From NCBI RefSeq assembly GCF_964204645.1, contig NC_134027.1, forward strand, positions 26,064,560 to 26,128,559: a stretch of DNA of 64,000 nucleotides. The letters run 5' to 3'. Made by a program: the position numbers and the translations under genes. The notes beneath the pieces are model-generated. The model saw nothing but the letters and a program-made list of their open reading frames with translations. It ran no database searches and was not told where the DNA came from. Numbering within the stretch: position 1 is the first letter of the stretch; every line of letters starts with the position of its first letter. The DNA is from Tubulanus polymorphus (Eukaryota; Animalia; Nemertea). Positions 25,001-37,108 of this stretch are shown here, in pieces.

Positions 25001-27671
25001 TCAGGTTCAATTTCTCAGTTAAAATCGAATGAACTTTTCTCTGAAATGAATCATTTACCTATGCAAACTTAACCAATCACTGAGTTGAAGAATAAATCTT
25101 GATGCATGTTTTGGTGGCCGGTACTTTGGTAGTGTATTGATTCAGGATCCTAAAAATTCAGTCCAAATTTAACGCATAACGTTATTATTTTGAGGACGAG
25201 GCGTAATCAGACGGCATTCGATATCCCAGAACAAACCATTTACTTCGTGAAAACCTAGATCGGAAATTTCCTTCATATAGTCAAAAGGATAGAGATGTCA
25301 AAGGATAGAGGCATTTCCGAGTTAAATGAGCTATGTTCAAAACTTGATTTATTTCCTGAACAGTTGTAACAATAGCTTCGATAGATGGATAGACCCCTCT
25401 GCGATGGAAACCGATTTTAGTTTTAAAACTTGCTTTAGATTCAGATGTGTGTAAATAATCGTAATTGTCGGAAATCTAATCTTCGTCCTTTTCATTTATT
25501 CAAATTCTGCATCTGTTAAATCTAAAGTAAACTACGTGGACGAAATGATTATTGTCCATAGTTGCCGACAATCAGGGAGGGGTTTAGTGTACTATAGGAA
25601 TCATCGATCGTTTCATCGCTGTTCACTACCTAGACTACTACTAGCGCCTCTAGCGGTGGTTTTTGGTACCGATTTCAAATAAACGCGAAAACAGATAAAA
25701 ATATCGCTCGCCGAGCGTCATGTGGGTTTTATGTGAACGATCTTTCGACGAAACAATGCACTCTCATTAAAGTCTGGAAACGCGCGGCAATTAAATTTCA
25801 AAGTCCGACGACACAAGCTGCGTACGCGCGGCAACAATAGGCGTGACGATTGTTTACTGCCAGTACGAGAACAATCGAATCCAATTAATTTCGTTAAAAC
25901 TCGTTCGACGCATAATTTATAGAGAAAATCGTAAATATAAATATCGTCGTCGGACGGAATTTTCTTCGATTCATTGTTGTGTAATTTATGATTTCATACA
26001 CGGTGTTTACCATACGTATAATAGGACACCTTGTGTTTTCGGGCATAAAAAATAACCGCGACAATCGTTACCGTCCGAGATGTTTTATTCATTATACGCC
26101 TTCATTAGCGTTTAAATACTCGTTGCCATCGGTTATAAAGAAAACGCGATTCGATTCATTGAAATTAGAACGACGTTGAAATTTGGATGCGTCGTAGTAG
26201 ATGTATATATTTATTGCGAGTTCGATTCTTTATAAGTTGTTTAAATGTCTCCGCGTTTTGCGAAGATGAATCTATCATTATTTCCTGCATCGCGCCGAAA
26301 AAAGCGCATTGTCATCGATCGCCGCGCGGAATCTTTTTAACCGGTTATTCGAATTGTTTAACCATCCTCCTAGTGGTTATTAGCGCAGGGCGCGTCGGCC
26401 GGCCGCGCCGCGACGTGTATTATGGCGCATGAATGGCGCAGACCTAGTTGCCACCAAAGCCTCCAGAAAACAATGACGTTCACAACGATAGCCTATTCAA
26501 AATGTAGTAGACGTTCTTTTTAGCCGAAGTTCGCGATATTCTTATGAAAATGTAATTACGATTACGATTAGGTCAATGAATGTAATATTGACATCGGCGG
26601 CCATTTTGATCATGACTACGTCCGCGAACGTTTTTTTTTTTTCGAATTCGTTTCATATATCGTTGTTGTCTATGCCTGAATTTCATCGACAATAGTTTCA
26701 TAGTTTCGAAGTCATTGTTTACTTTGACGGCTCGCGTTGTTGTTATATCATAGTTAAACTATACACAATCGATAGCACCGATTCCTAGTACTACAAATTT
26801 ACGGTTGGAATATGAATATCGATAAGGAAGTTCAGATTCAGTTTATAAACGTATTGTTCCGAAGTCTCGTAATGAAAGTTTGCGTCGTGCGAGAAAGAAT
26901 TGAAAATCTGATTTCAAACTTATCTCGTTGTGTAATAGGAAAAGAGTATTGCGTATGAATGACACTGTTTTCTATCTTTAGCTTTAGGTTTTGTGAAGCA
27001 TTGATCTGATGCTTGTGCTGCTGCTGCTGCTGTTGCTGCTGCTTTCAAACGGCATTCATTGCTTCAGTTGCGTTGATTGGGTTACGATAATTGCTTAAAA
27101 GCCGCGCTGTATCACTCGTAATTAGCCGGCGTTCTATAAACAATTTGGGCGTTTATTAATTTCATTGTGTAGTATTTAATTCTCCGTGACCCGGCTGTAT
27201 ACAGCAATATTATCAAACATTTTAATTATATTGGGTCACCAACCTTAATGCGCTCACCTCTCTCAGTCTATGTTTTATGCAAATGAGTCGTATATATATA
27301 TATATATATATATACATACACTATGCAGGTTTTATCACAAACAAATATAGCCGTATATTATAAGTACTTAATAATACAAAGCATTAATCTAAGCGAGAGC
27401 CTTTAGTAAAGTTTAGTCTGGAACTTGTTCCACGGCTTTAATTACTCGCCTAACGTACAATGACTCTTGGATTATCGATGAAATAAGGAATATCGAAGGA
27501 ATATCTGTTTCACTACGTTGTATTTAGTGGTAAGTTCTTAGTGATTTGGTTAAAAGAATCTTTGGTAGAAAGACAGTTCAGATAACTGAAAATCCGTAGA
27601 AGCAGTAACAATGTAAACCTCTTTTTCTAATGCTTATTGACACTAGCAGTTTTCAGGATCATACCACTGCC

Positions 27672-28076
27672 TCCTCATCAGGTGAGGTGATATCCCCTCA
27701 TCAGGTGAGGCAATATCCCCCTTAACAGGTGTGGTGATATCCCCCTCATCAGGTGAGGTAATATCCCCCTTAACAGGTGTGGTGATATCCCCCTCATCAG
27801 GTGAGGTAATATCCCCCTTAACAGGTGTGGTGATATCCCCCTCATCAGGTGAGGTAATATCCCCCTTAACAGGTGAGGGGGTATCCCCTCATCAGGTGAC
27901 TGATATTCTCCCTCATCAAGTGAGGTGATATCCCCTCATTAGGAGAGGTATATTCTCCCTCATCAGGTGAGGTAATATCCCCTCATCAGTTGAGGGTTAT
28001 TCTCCCTCATCAGGTGAGGTAATATCCCCTCATCAGGTGAGGGATACTCTCCTTCATCAGGTGAGGTAATATCCCC
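27672..28076. repeat. 20-21-bp minisatellite
   Basis: cctcatcaggtgaggtaatatcc variants, with a 42-bp dimer substructure at ~27700-27870. Confidence 0.92.
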
Positions 28077-29304
28077 GTTTTAAAGAGCTCAGCTATTCCC
28101 AAATGTATCGAAATACTCATAATGATTTCTAGTTGATTTTCGATTAAACTTTTATTTTTGATGTCAAATTTGTGAAAATCACCGCAATTAGAGAAATGAG
28201 GACAGTAAGTAGTCCAGTCTGAAATGATGATATGATGATTTTATAGAAAGTTCAATCGACGAATATGAGTTATGAGTTCATATTCGAGACACTCGATGTG
28301 CAACCTGTGTGCGTTAGAAGAAAAGACGACAACTACGAGACCCAGGTCACCGTGATAATTCTATCAACCTCTTTGAAGTCGGTTGGTAATTGGATGTTGA
28401 GTGCTTGTCTATGTGTCTATGTGTGTGTGTGTTTCTAGTACGAATGGATATGACATAAAAATGTGACCAGTATCAGATCGAAATAAGAGGCCGCGGCGAA
28501 TACATAACTGTCAAAGCGAACGTGCGCACTTGTCCGGGGGTTACTTTGATGTATTTTTTCGCCTGATCATCTATTACAGGAAAAGCTTGGCCTTAATGAA
28601 TGCGAGCTGTAGACGAAGCCATTAACGACTTCTAATGGACACTGCGTACTAATGATTCACATGTGCGTCTAATACTCGCAATTAGCGGACGAGCAATTAT
28701 CATTATTTTTCCCGCCGTTAATTTTTGGCACCTTTACGCGCCGGTTCCCGTAACGCGCGGTTTCCATGGATTCGATTGCCGATTAAACGCGCTAACGATT
28801 CGTCGTACGCCTGCGCGTCCGGATTTCGGGTGTCGCCCGTCGGAACGGCGACGATCGTAATTCGGTGAATTTTCGATACCGTTGAAACAAACATTCGACC
28901 GCCGCTGCCGCTGCCGCCGGATGAAAGGCTTGTCCGTCCGCGCGATGTCGGTGTAATGAGCGATTGAATAATTATCGGATAATGCATTGCAATTTACCGA
29001 GACTCGGGAATTGTTTTTTTTTTAAGTTAATGGAGATAATGCGCTCATCTTTCAGACATGTGGACACGTTTCACTGTGTGCTAATTATGAATTTATGATT
29101 TGCCCGACCCCAACTCGTATCACTTGTGTCGTGTACTCTCGAAAGAAATGCGCTATTCATGTATATGCGACCAAAGACTTCTTTCAGAATCCTGTGGAAA
29201 CCTCTCAAATGAAGAACATCAGTATCCACCTAGGATATTTGGCACTAGATCAGTGAGTCGGGGGGACTGTCACAGCCTGGGTTCACCGGGTAGGAACACC
29301 TCTC

Positions 29305-29670
29305 AGTGCCGCAAACACACAGAGACGATTCGGCTCGGGTCGAACCCGCCCGAACCAGGCCCAAGTTAAGTTTGGCCCGTGCTTAATTAGAATTAGAAAG
29401 CGCGTTCACTCATAAATCACTCACTCGTCACTAAAACATTGTCAAAACGTTGCTGTGGCAAGTGAGGTGAGTCACTTTCACAACCAGTCGGCATTCACAC
29501 GCAATATTATGACCTGTGCTGAAATTAAGCGCAGGCCTGGTCGGACGTATTGGTTTTGGCAAAATTTGGCCCACGTCAAACAGGACCGATATGGCACCCA
29601 TGGGTGCGGGTCCAATCTGGCTCGGGCCAACGTGACCCTGGTCAAAAACACCCGTGCGATCATGACTTTT
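29305..29670 (+). mobile_element. Family A copy
   Basis: tttggcccgtgcttaatt...gctgtggcaagtgaggtgagtcac; right end cgtgcgatcatgactt resembles the 22664 TIR. Confidence 0.7.
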
Positions 29671-32006
29671 AATATATACTATCATGAAGCCACGAGGAAG
29701 TACTTCCACCAAACTATTACGTATTGAATTGATTTCGGTGTTGAAACGTTATTTATCAATGATCTTCGTATTTCCTCGCAATTGATCTTTTCAATTGAGC
29801 ACAAATTGAAAAAATAAATTGCACCAGAATAACTTTTCGAAATCGCGAGCGGATATTTTAGAAAACGTATAAAGGACTAGGAACCGAGCGGTAATGTTTT
29901 TTTAGCGTGCAAAGCCAATCATGCATGTACGCAATTCACCGATATAAAAACTACATTGCCTCCAGCGACATTGCTTATCTTCCTGTTGCAATTAGTGCAA
30001 GCTGGGTTAATTATTTTCGATGCTGATTAATGAAGATTATTCTGGACTTGCAATTAATTCTGACAGCACATACCGACTGTATCAGTCCAGTCTGGGAGGC
30101 AGGCAGGCTGTTACTGCATCGACTACGACGATGTTTCTTTATATGTGAACGTACAACACTTCCGTATCAGGTAATGTTTTTTTTTTTTCATTTCGAAAAA
30201 TTGATATCGAAGATTTATCGCGGTAGGATTACGAAAAAAAACTTGCGGGTCTCGCGTGAATTCGAATGAAAAAATAATCGTTATTACATGCATCGCATAT
30301 GATTTAATGAAAATCATGTATTAGTAAATGTATGTAGTTGTTTTACATAAAAGCGGATTTATGTCGAAGCCAGACTCTTGATCTAAACGAACGGTTTTAT
30401 TCGCCTCATTCATATTCATAGTTTTTCGTGGTTTTAATGCGTAGATTATAAAAGTTACATTGCGATTTTTTGCGATATTAATATTTATGATTTTCTCGAA
30501 CGTATTAAAAAAACGGTTTTTGCGTAAAGCTTTTTCTAAATAATGCAAATATCGACAGTCGTTGCATAGTCGGATATTCGTATATATGTCACAGGTATAG
30601 GCAGTCATATGTTTTTAGAAGATCGGTAATTCGGAGAGAAGCCTCTCATTTCGTGTCTCGGTACCTATTTTAAGGATAAGTGATGAGTATCTGTTTAAAG
30701 GGAAGAAGGGCTCATTAGACTCGTTCCCATATTTACCGGTTACTGTAGTGGAGAGGGTTAACACATATTGTCACCCTCGTATAAAGTATAGATTATACTG
30801 ATTTAAGTTGTAAATGCTAATCTTGTGTTGTGCTAACATCAGGTTGATTTGTCCAGGCAGTTTTACGCGGCGCTCTCATTAGAACGCTTAGTTTTATCAC
30901 CTGAACAATCAGTTTGGTATTTACCGGCGCGCGTACAACAATCGGAGACAGCCGATGTTTGCAGGGTAAGAACTCCATAACAACATCATTACTATATTTT
31001 TGTATATATGCATCGCGTCTTAGCGTAGGTGACATCAGCGGTGGTATACCGATGATTCAGAAATTAATGTTTATGTCATCAGTTAGATATTGTGTTCTTG
31101 TTTACTGTTCATATCGATATGACTCAAAAATACCCGATACAGCTATGTGTTTCTTATTGATTTAGCTGAAATCTCGCCGCGAATTAGACCTTTAGGGTTT
31201 CAGATTTGCCAGCTCGAAAGCGTATACCTAGCTACGATGAATAATTTGATTTTATGTTGATTGCGGTATGAAATTTAATGTTTTAGCAATATGTCATGAT
31301 TATCATTGTATCTACATCGAGATATTAATTTGTATAGCCGGGTACACGGATAGATACCGCAAATGAACCATTGACCGTATTTTTCGGAATTCAATTGCGA
31401 AAAATACATTTTCGTTCGAACGCAATTAAAATTCATTGTTGGTGACGTTTTTAATCATCAGGGGATATCATTGTTAAAACATTCGCATTAAGTGTTGTAT
31501 ATGGGACAGATGTATTTAGACTATGGTTTAATGTCTAGTGAAACTCAATTTTACTCAATTAATATAACAATGCTTACCGGTTATTTCAATTTATCGCGCG
31601 CGCTGCGCGGAGAAACCTCGTTCGCTCGCAAATCATACGTAACCTAGATCAAAAATTTGTGATTTCGATTAGTTTTTTTTGCGGAATTAAGAACGCAGGG
31701 AGTGCTACAAGAATGAGTCTATAGTCGCAATGAACTATCGATGATGTAATACTGTCGCTTTTGTTATGTTGATTTACAGTGTCGAAATAAGAATTGAAAT
31801 TAAGAGTCTGATATGTATTCCTGAAGTGGAGATGACTATCATGATAGTCGAAAATTGTCATCTTCAGGAATGCTAAGTTTTGATTAAATACTAACGTTGG
31901 AATACAAAGCTTTAGTATTCCTGAAGTGTTGACTATATAAGCTGAATGGAACATTTCAGGATATAGTAGAAACATTGAATAAACCTCTAGCTCTAGGAGA
32001 CATGGC

Positions 32007-33607
32007 ATCTACTGAAGATGACTATAAGGATATAGTTGACACGTTGAATAAGCTACTAGCTCAAGGAATACAGTATTCCTGAAGATGACTATAAGGATAT
32101 AGTTGACACGTTGAATAAGCTACTAGCTCAAGGAATACAGTATTCCTGAAGATGACTATAAGGATATAGTTGACACGTTGAATAAGCTACTAGCTCAAGG
32201 AATACAGTATTCCTGAAGATGACTATAAGGATATAGTTGACACGTTGAATAAGCTACTAGCTCAAGGAATACAGTATTCCTGAAGATGACTATAAGGATA
32301 TAGTTGACACGTTGAATAAGCTACTAGCTCAAGGAATACAGTATTCCTGAAGATGACTATAAGGATATAGTTGACACGTTGAATTAGCTACTAGCCCAAG
32401 GAATACAGTATTCCTGAAGATGACTATAAGGATATAGTTGACACGTTGAATAAGCTACTAGCTCAAGGAATACAGTATTCCTGAAGATGACTATAAGGAT
32501 ATAGTTGACAAGTTGAATAAGCTACTAGCTCAAGGAATACAGTATTCCTGAAGATGACTATAAGGATATAGTTGACACGTTGAATTAGCTACTAGCCCAA
32601 GGAATACAGTATTCCTGAAGATGACTATAAGGATATAGTTGACACGTTGAATAAGCTACTAGCCCAAGGAATACAGTATTCCTGAAGATGACTATAAGGA
32701 TATAGTTGACACGTTGAATAAGCTACTAGCCCAAGGAATACAGTATTCCTGAAGATGACTATAAGGATATAGTTGACACGTTGAATAAGCTACTAGCTCA
32801 AGGAATACAGTATTCCTGAAGATGACTATTAGGATATAGTTGACACGTTGAATAAGCTACTAGCCCAAGGAATACAGTATTCCTGAAGATGACTATTAGG
32901 ATATAGTTGACACGTTGAATTAGCTACTAGCCCAAGGAATACAGTATTCCTGAAGATGACTATTAGGATATAGTTGACACGTTGAATTAGCTACTAGCCC
33001 AAGGAATACAGTATTCCTGAAGATGACTATTAGGATATAGTTGACACGTTGAATTAGCTACTAGCCCAAGGAATACAGTATTCCTGAAGATGACTATAAG
33101 GATATAGTTGACACGTTGAATAAGCTACTAGCCCAAGGAATACAGTATTCCTGAAGATGACTATAAGGATATAGTTGACAAGTTGAATAAGCTACTAGCT
33201 CAAGGAATACAGTATTCCTGAAGATGACTATTAGGATATAGTTGACACGTTGAATAAGCTACTAGCCCAAGGAATACAGTATTCCTGAAGATGACTATTA
33301 GGATATAGTTGACACGTTGAATTAGCTACTAGCCCAAGGAATACAGTATTCCTGAAGATGACTATTAGGATATAGTTGACACGTTGAATTAGCTACTAGC
33401 CCAAGGAATACAGTATTCCTGAAGATGACTATTAGGATATAGTTGACACGTTGAATTAGCTACTAGCCCAAGGAATACAGTATTCCTGAAGATGACTATT
33501 AGGATATAGTTGACACGTTGAATTAGCTACTAGCCCAAGGAATACAGTATTCCTGAAGATGACTATTAGGATATAGTTGACACGTTGAATTAGCTACTAG
33601 CTCATGG
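32007..33607 (+). repeat. 67-bp minisatellite, 24 units, each a hammerhead-derived module
   Basis: Unit TATTCCTGAAGATGACTATAAGGATATAGTTGACACGTTGAATAAGCTACTAGCTCAAGGAATACAG. CTGAAGA recurs every 67 nt from 32012 to 33553; near-identical to 61324-61393. Confidence 0.97.
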
Positions 33608-33776
33608 AAACATTTTGGACCTCATTTCTTATTCTTATCACTGAATTTGAGCAGGATTTTTCGTAATCAGTTCATTCGCTAATCAGTTGTTTTAAATTTA
33701 TCGTTTCAGATTGTGAATTGTGAAGTGTTTTAACTCGTAAAGATGGCGTTATTATAGTTAGTGAGATATATATATT

Positions 33777-36633
33777 ATGGGCTCAAATGGACCATTGACG
33801 GCCGATGTCATGCACAACATGATGGAAACAGTCGTCGCTGGACAGGATAGTCCGGCCGTCGAGTCTCCGCCGAGAATCGGTGCGTTAAATATGGCCGTTG
33901 TGGCGGAGGAACCAGCTACTGATCTCAAACAGGATTCGGTCTCTAACGACGACGTCGCTAATGACAACGCGACGTCGGAGAAAACGTCTTCGACGCCGGT
34001 GAAATCGGAAGAGAACGACACGGTCAGCGACGTCGAGAGCTTCGACGGAAAAATCGTCTACAATCCCGATGGATCGGCGTATATTATAGAGGGCGACACC
34101 GATCTGAGCGATTCCGATTCGCTGATGGAGTTCCGTCACGAGGAGGGCAGCATCATCGAAACGAAGAGCAAAACGATCGCTCCTCAAATTCCCGTTTATC
34201 CGCAAATCGCGAACGCGTTTTACGTGCAGCGAAATCCGGGCATTTTCTGCGGCGCGTTCTACAACAATATGTCGGCGTCGTCGTCGTCGTACGGCGAGCG
34301 TCGCAACGCGTTCCCCGAAGCTCCGATAATGCATAGTTACCGCGTGTACGATCTCAGGTCGGGAAAACAACGCGAAACGCCGTCTGCGCGCGAAGAAGCG
34401 ACCGACGCTAGTCAAAATATGAGCGAAAGCGACGACGATAAAAAGGCGTCGGATGATCCGAAAAACGGCGTCAGTAACCATCCTCAAACCGTACCTACGA
34501 AACCGATACTAATGTGCTTTCTGTGTAAACTGTCGTTCGGCTTCGCGAAATCGTTCGTCGCTCACGCCATCAGTGAACACGGTATGACTCTAAACGATAA
34601 AGAGAATCAGATCATGTCCGGTTGTAACGCTTCGGCCATCATCCAAGCGTTCGGTAAAGACAAGGAACCGCTGTTGTCGTTTTTGGAACCGAACGTCTCC
34701 TCGGAGCGAAAAGTCGCTTCGGACGACGTTCACAAACAATCAACGGTCGACACTAGTGCCATAGAAAATCAAGCGCCCTCTCAGGAAACGGTGCCGAGAA
34801 ATGTGTCCGTAAAGTGTAACATACCGGTACCGCAGGTCGCGCTCGACGAGAAACATGCTCAAGAAGTCGTCGCCGAGGTCAAGGATAAAGCGGAGAAAAT
34901 GGACATCGACGAAGAGCAGAAGATAAAGAATAATAATAACTTGCCGGCGGTGGTCGACGGTACGAAAATATCGGCGCTTCATTCGAACGGTAGTGACCTG
35001 CCGCAAACTACAGCAGTCGCGACCAGCCTACCGATACCGCTCTCGCATCATTTCAGCCAAATCTCCGCCAGTTCGATGGTTCCGAGCCTCAGTCAGATGT
35101 TTCCATCGGCTACATGCGACGAACATCCGCAGGGTAAAGACCAAGGCGTCGAGTGTCCGAAGTGCGACATGATCCTCGGCTCGTCGCGGTCGCTCGGCGG
35201 TCACATGACGATGATGCACTCGCGTAACTCGTGCAAAACGTTGAAGTGTCCGAAGTGCAACTGGCATTACAAATACCAGGAGACGCTGGAGATTCACATG
35301 AAGGAGAAACATCCGGAGAACGACGCGCAGTGTATGTACTGTATCACGAATCAACCTCATCCGCGGCTAGCGCGAGGTGAGACGTACACGTGCGGTTATA
35401 AACCGTATCGATGCGACGTTTGTAACTATTCGACGACCACGAAAGGTAATCTTAGTATTCATATGCAATCCGATAAACATATAAATAACATGCAAGAACT
35501 ACAAAACGGTACGCAAGAGATGAAACTACCGCCGGTAACGTCGTGTCCTCAACCGCCGATCACCCCGCCGGCGGCCGTCGATATCAACAACGTCAATAAG
35601 AAATCTCTGAAACCGAAGCCGACTTGGCGCTGCGACGTGTGCAACTACGAGACGAACGTCGCGCGGAATTTACGCATTCACATGACCAGCGAGAAACACA
35701 CGCATAACATGATGGTCCTGCAACAGAACGTGAAGCACATGCAACGCGATATGCAGCTCATGAATCACATGGCGATGTTCGACGCGTCGATGATGGGCGT
35801 GCCGACGCCCGTGAACCCGAACGCGCTGCCGCCCGGGTTCCCGTACGACCAGTCGATGTTCATTCCGGCGGCGTCGATGCAGAACGGTCCCGCCGCGGCC
35901 GCCATCGACGCGCCCGTCGACCTGACGAAGGCGATCGACGGCGAACACGGCTCCGACGCGAAACGCGACGCGGTCGGCAAAACCGACTCGTGCAAGATGT
36001 ATCAATGTTGTATATGTAACGCGTTCGCGACCGACAGCATCGAAGGTTTACATCAACATATGCAGCTCGACCGTTCGAAAAGTCGGCCCGATGACAATGT
36101 AATCGTATCTCAGGGCAACTACATGTGTCAATTGTGTCAATATAAAACGAATCTGAAAGCGAACTTCCAGCTGCACTGTAAAACGGACAAACATCTACAA
36201 CGGTTACAGTTAGTCAATCATATAAAGGAAGGCGGTCAGGGAAACGAATGGAGGATTAAGTACATGAATATGAGCAACCCGGTGCAGATCAAGTGTACGT
36301 GTTGCGACTATTTCACCAACAGTATTCACAAACTGCAGTTACACGCTTCGAACCCGCGACACGAGATCTGCGCGAAGCTCTACGCGCACCTTCACCGCAG
36401 CGAGAAATCGGTGAAATCCGACCACGTATACTATCACTGTTCGTTGTGTAACTACTCGACGAAAACGCGTTTGAACCTGATACAGCACGTGCGCACGATG
36501 AAACACCTGCGCAACGAGAGCCTGCGACAGATGCAGATTCAGGACCAGGGTAAGATGCTCGACGACGTCATCTCGGACATCTTCTCGATCAACGAGTATT
36601 CCGAAAACGACAACATCAACTTCGAAGATGGAG
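33777..36633 (+). CDS. ZFHX4: Zinc finger homeobox protein 3/4-like (ZFHX3/ATBF1, ZFHX4, zfh2 family), first large coding exon (952 codons + 1 nt)
   Basis: ORF contains ZFHX-diagnostic blocks: FDGKIVYNPDGSAYII, KPILMCFLCKLSFG, CPKCDMILGSSRSLGGHMTMMHSRNSCKTLKCPKCNWHYKYQETLEIHMKEKH, HPRLARGETYTCGYKPYRCDVCNYSTTTKGNLSIHMQSDKH, WRCDVCNYETNVARNLRIHMTSEKH, YKTNLKANFQLHCKTDKH. Acceptor tttcag| ends at 33709 (exon starts 33710, ATG at 33777). Donor GAG|GTGAGT after 36633, phase 1. ZFHX3 vs ZFHX4 cannot be resolved; this is probably the single invertebrate co-orthologue. Confidence 0.95.
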
Positions 36634-36687
36634 GTGAGTATCTTAGACTTCATCGGTCACAGGGTTTACCTTCACAAACTCAACGTG

Positions 36688-37108
36688 CAGGCGCGGATCC
36701 AAGGGGTGCCATATTGCCCAAGAACACGAAGTGCCCTTCAAAATTATCGGTCCAAGCTTATTGACTCCGATAGCTTCCAGGAGTCCATCTCTAAATTCTC
36801 TAAATTAGTCCTGGAAATTCAAGTTTTTAGACCCCAATTGTTTGGCTTAAAGCCTTTGGCATTTGCTTTGGCTAGGGCACTGGGGCCGGTTGCATAGTCA
36901 TGGCTTAAACTTAAGACCAGTCTAAGACCAACTTAGGTCTATAGCCAATCTAACAACTTAGACCAAGTCACTTAGTCTAGTCATGGTTAAAGGCCACTTT
37001 TGGACTTAAGTCATGACTGTACAACTGGCCACTGGAGAGTATATTTTCTTAAGTGTCCTTTAGTTGTCTTACAATACTGTCTAATCCTGACCCCCGGATC
37101 CGCCCTTG
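36688..37108. mobile_element. MITE with CAGGCGCGGATCC / GGATCCGCCCTTG ends
   Basis: Imperfect TIRs of the 60090 type; starts 54 nt into the intron and hosts the 36883-37031 MITE. Confidence 0.65.
36883..37031. mobile_element. MITE of the ttaagaccagtc/ctatagccaatctaacaac family, CTG TSD, nested in another MITE
   Basis: TIR GGCCGGTTGCATAGTCATGGCTTAA / TTAAGTCATGACTGTACAACTGGCC; relatives at ~23816-23970, ~24860-25000 and 21636-21950. Confidence 0.8.

Noticed and set aside
27672-28076. Repeated CTGATGA on the minus strand suggesting hammerheads
   Set aside because: 20-21-nt units have no stem II or GAAA.
32007-33607. CRISPR-like regular array
   Set aside because: Units are contiguous near-identical repeats with no unique spacers, there are no cas genes, and the context is eukaryotic.
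33758-36653. Antisense ORFs overlapping the large exon
   Set aside because: Shadow ORFs from the codon bias of the ZFHX exon.
36634-36764. C-terminal ~43 aa of the 995-aa ORF
   Set aside because: Read-through past the GTGAGT donor into intron and MITE sequence.
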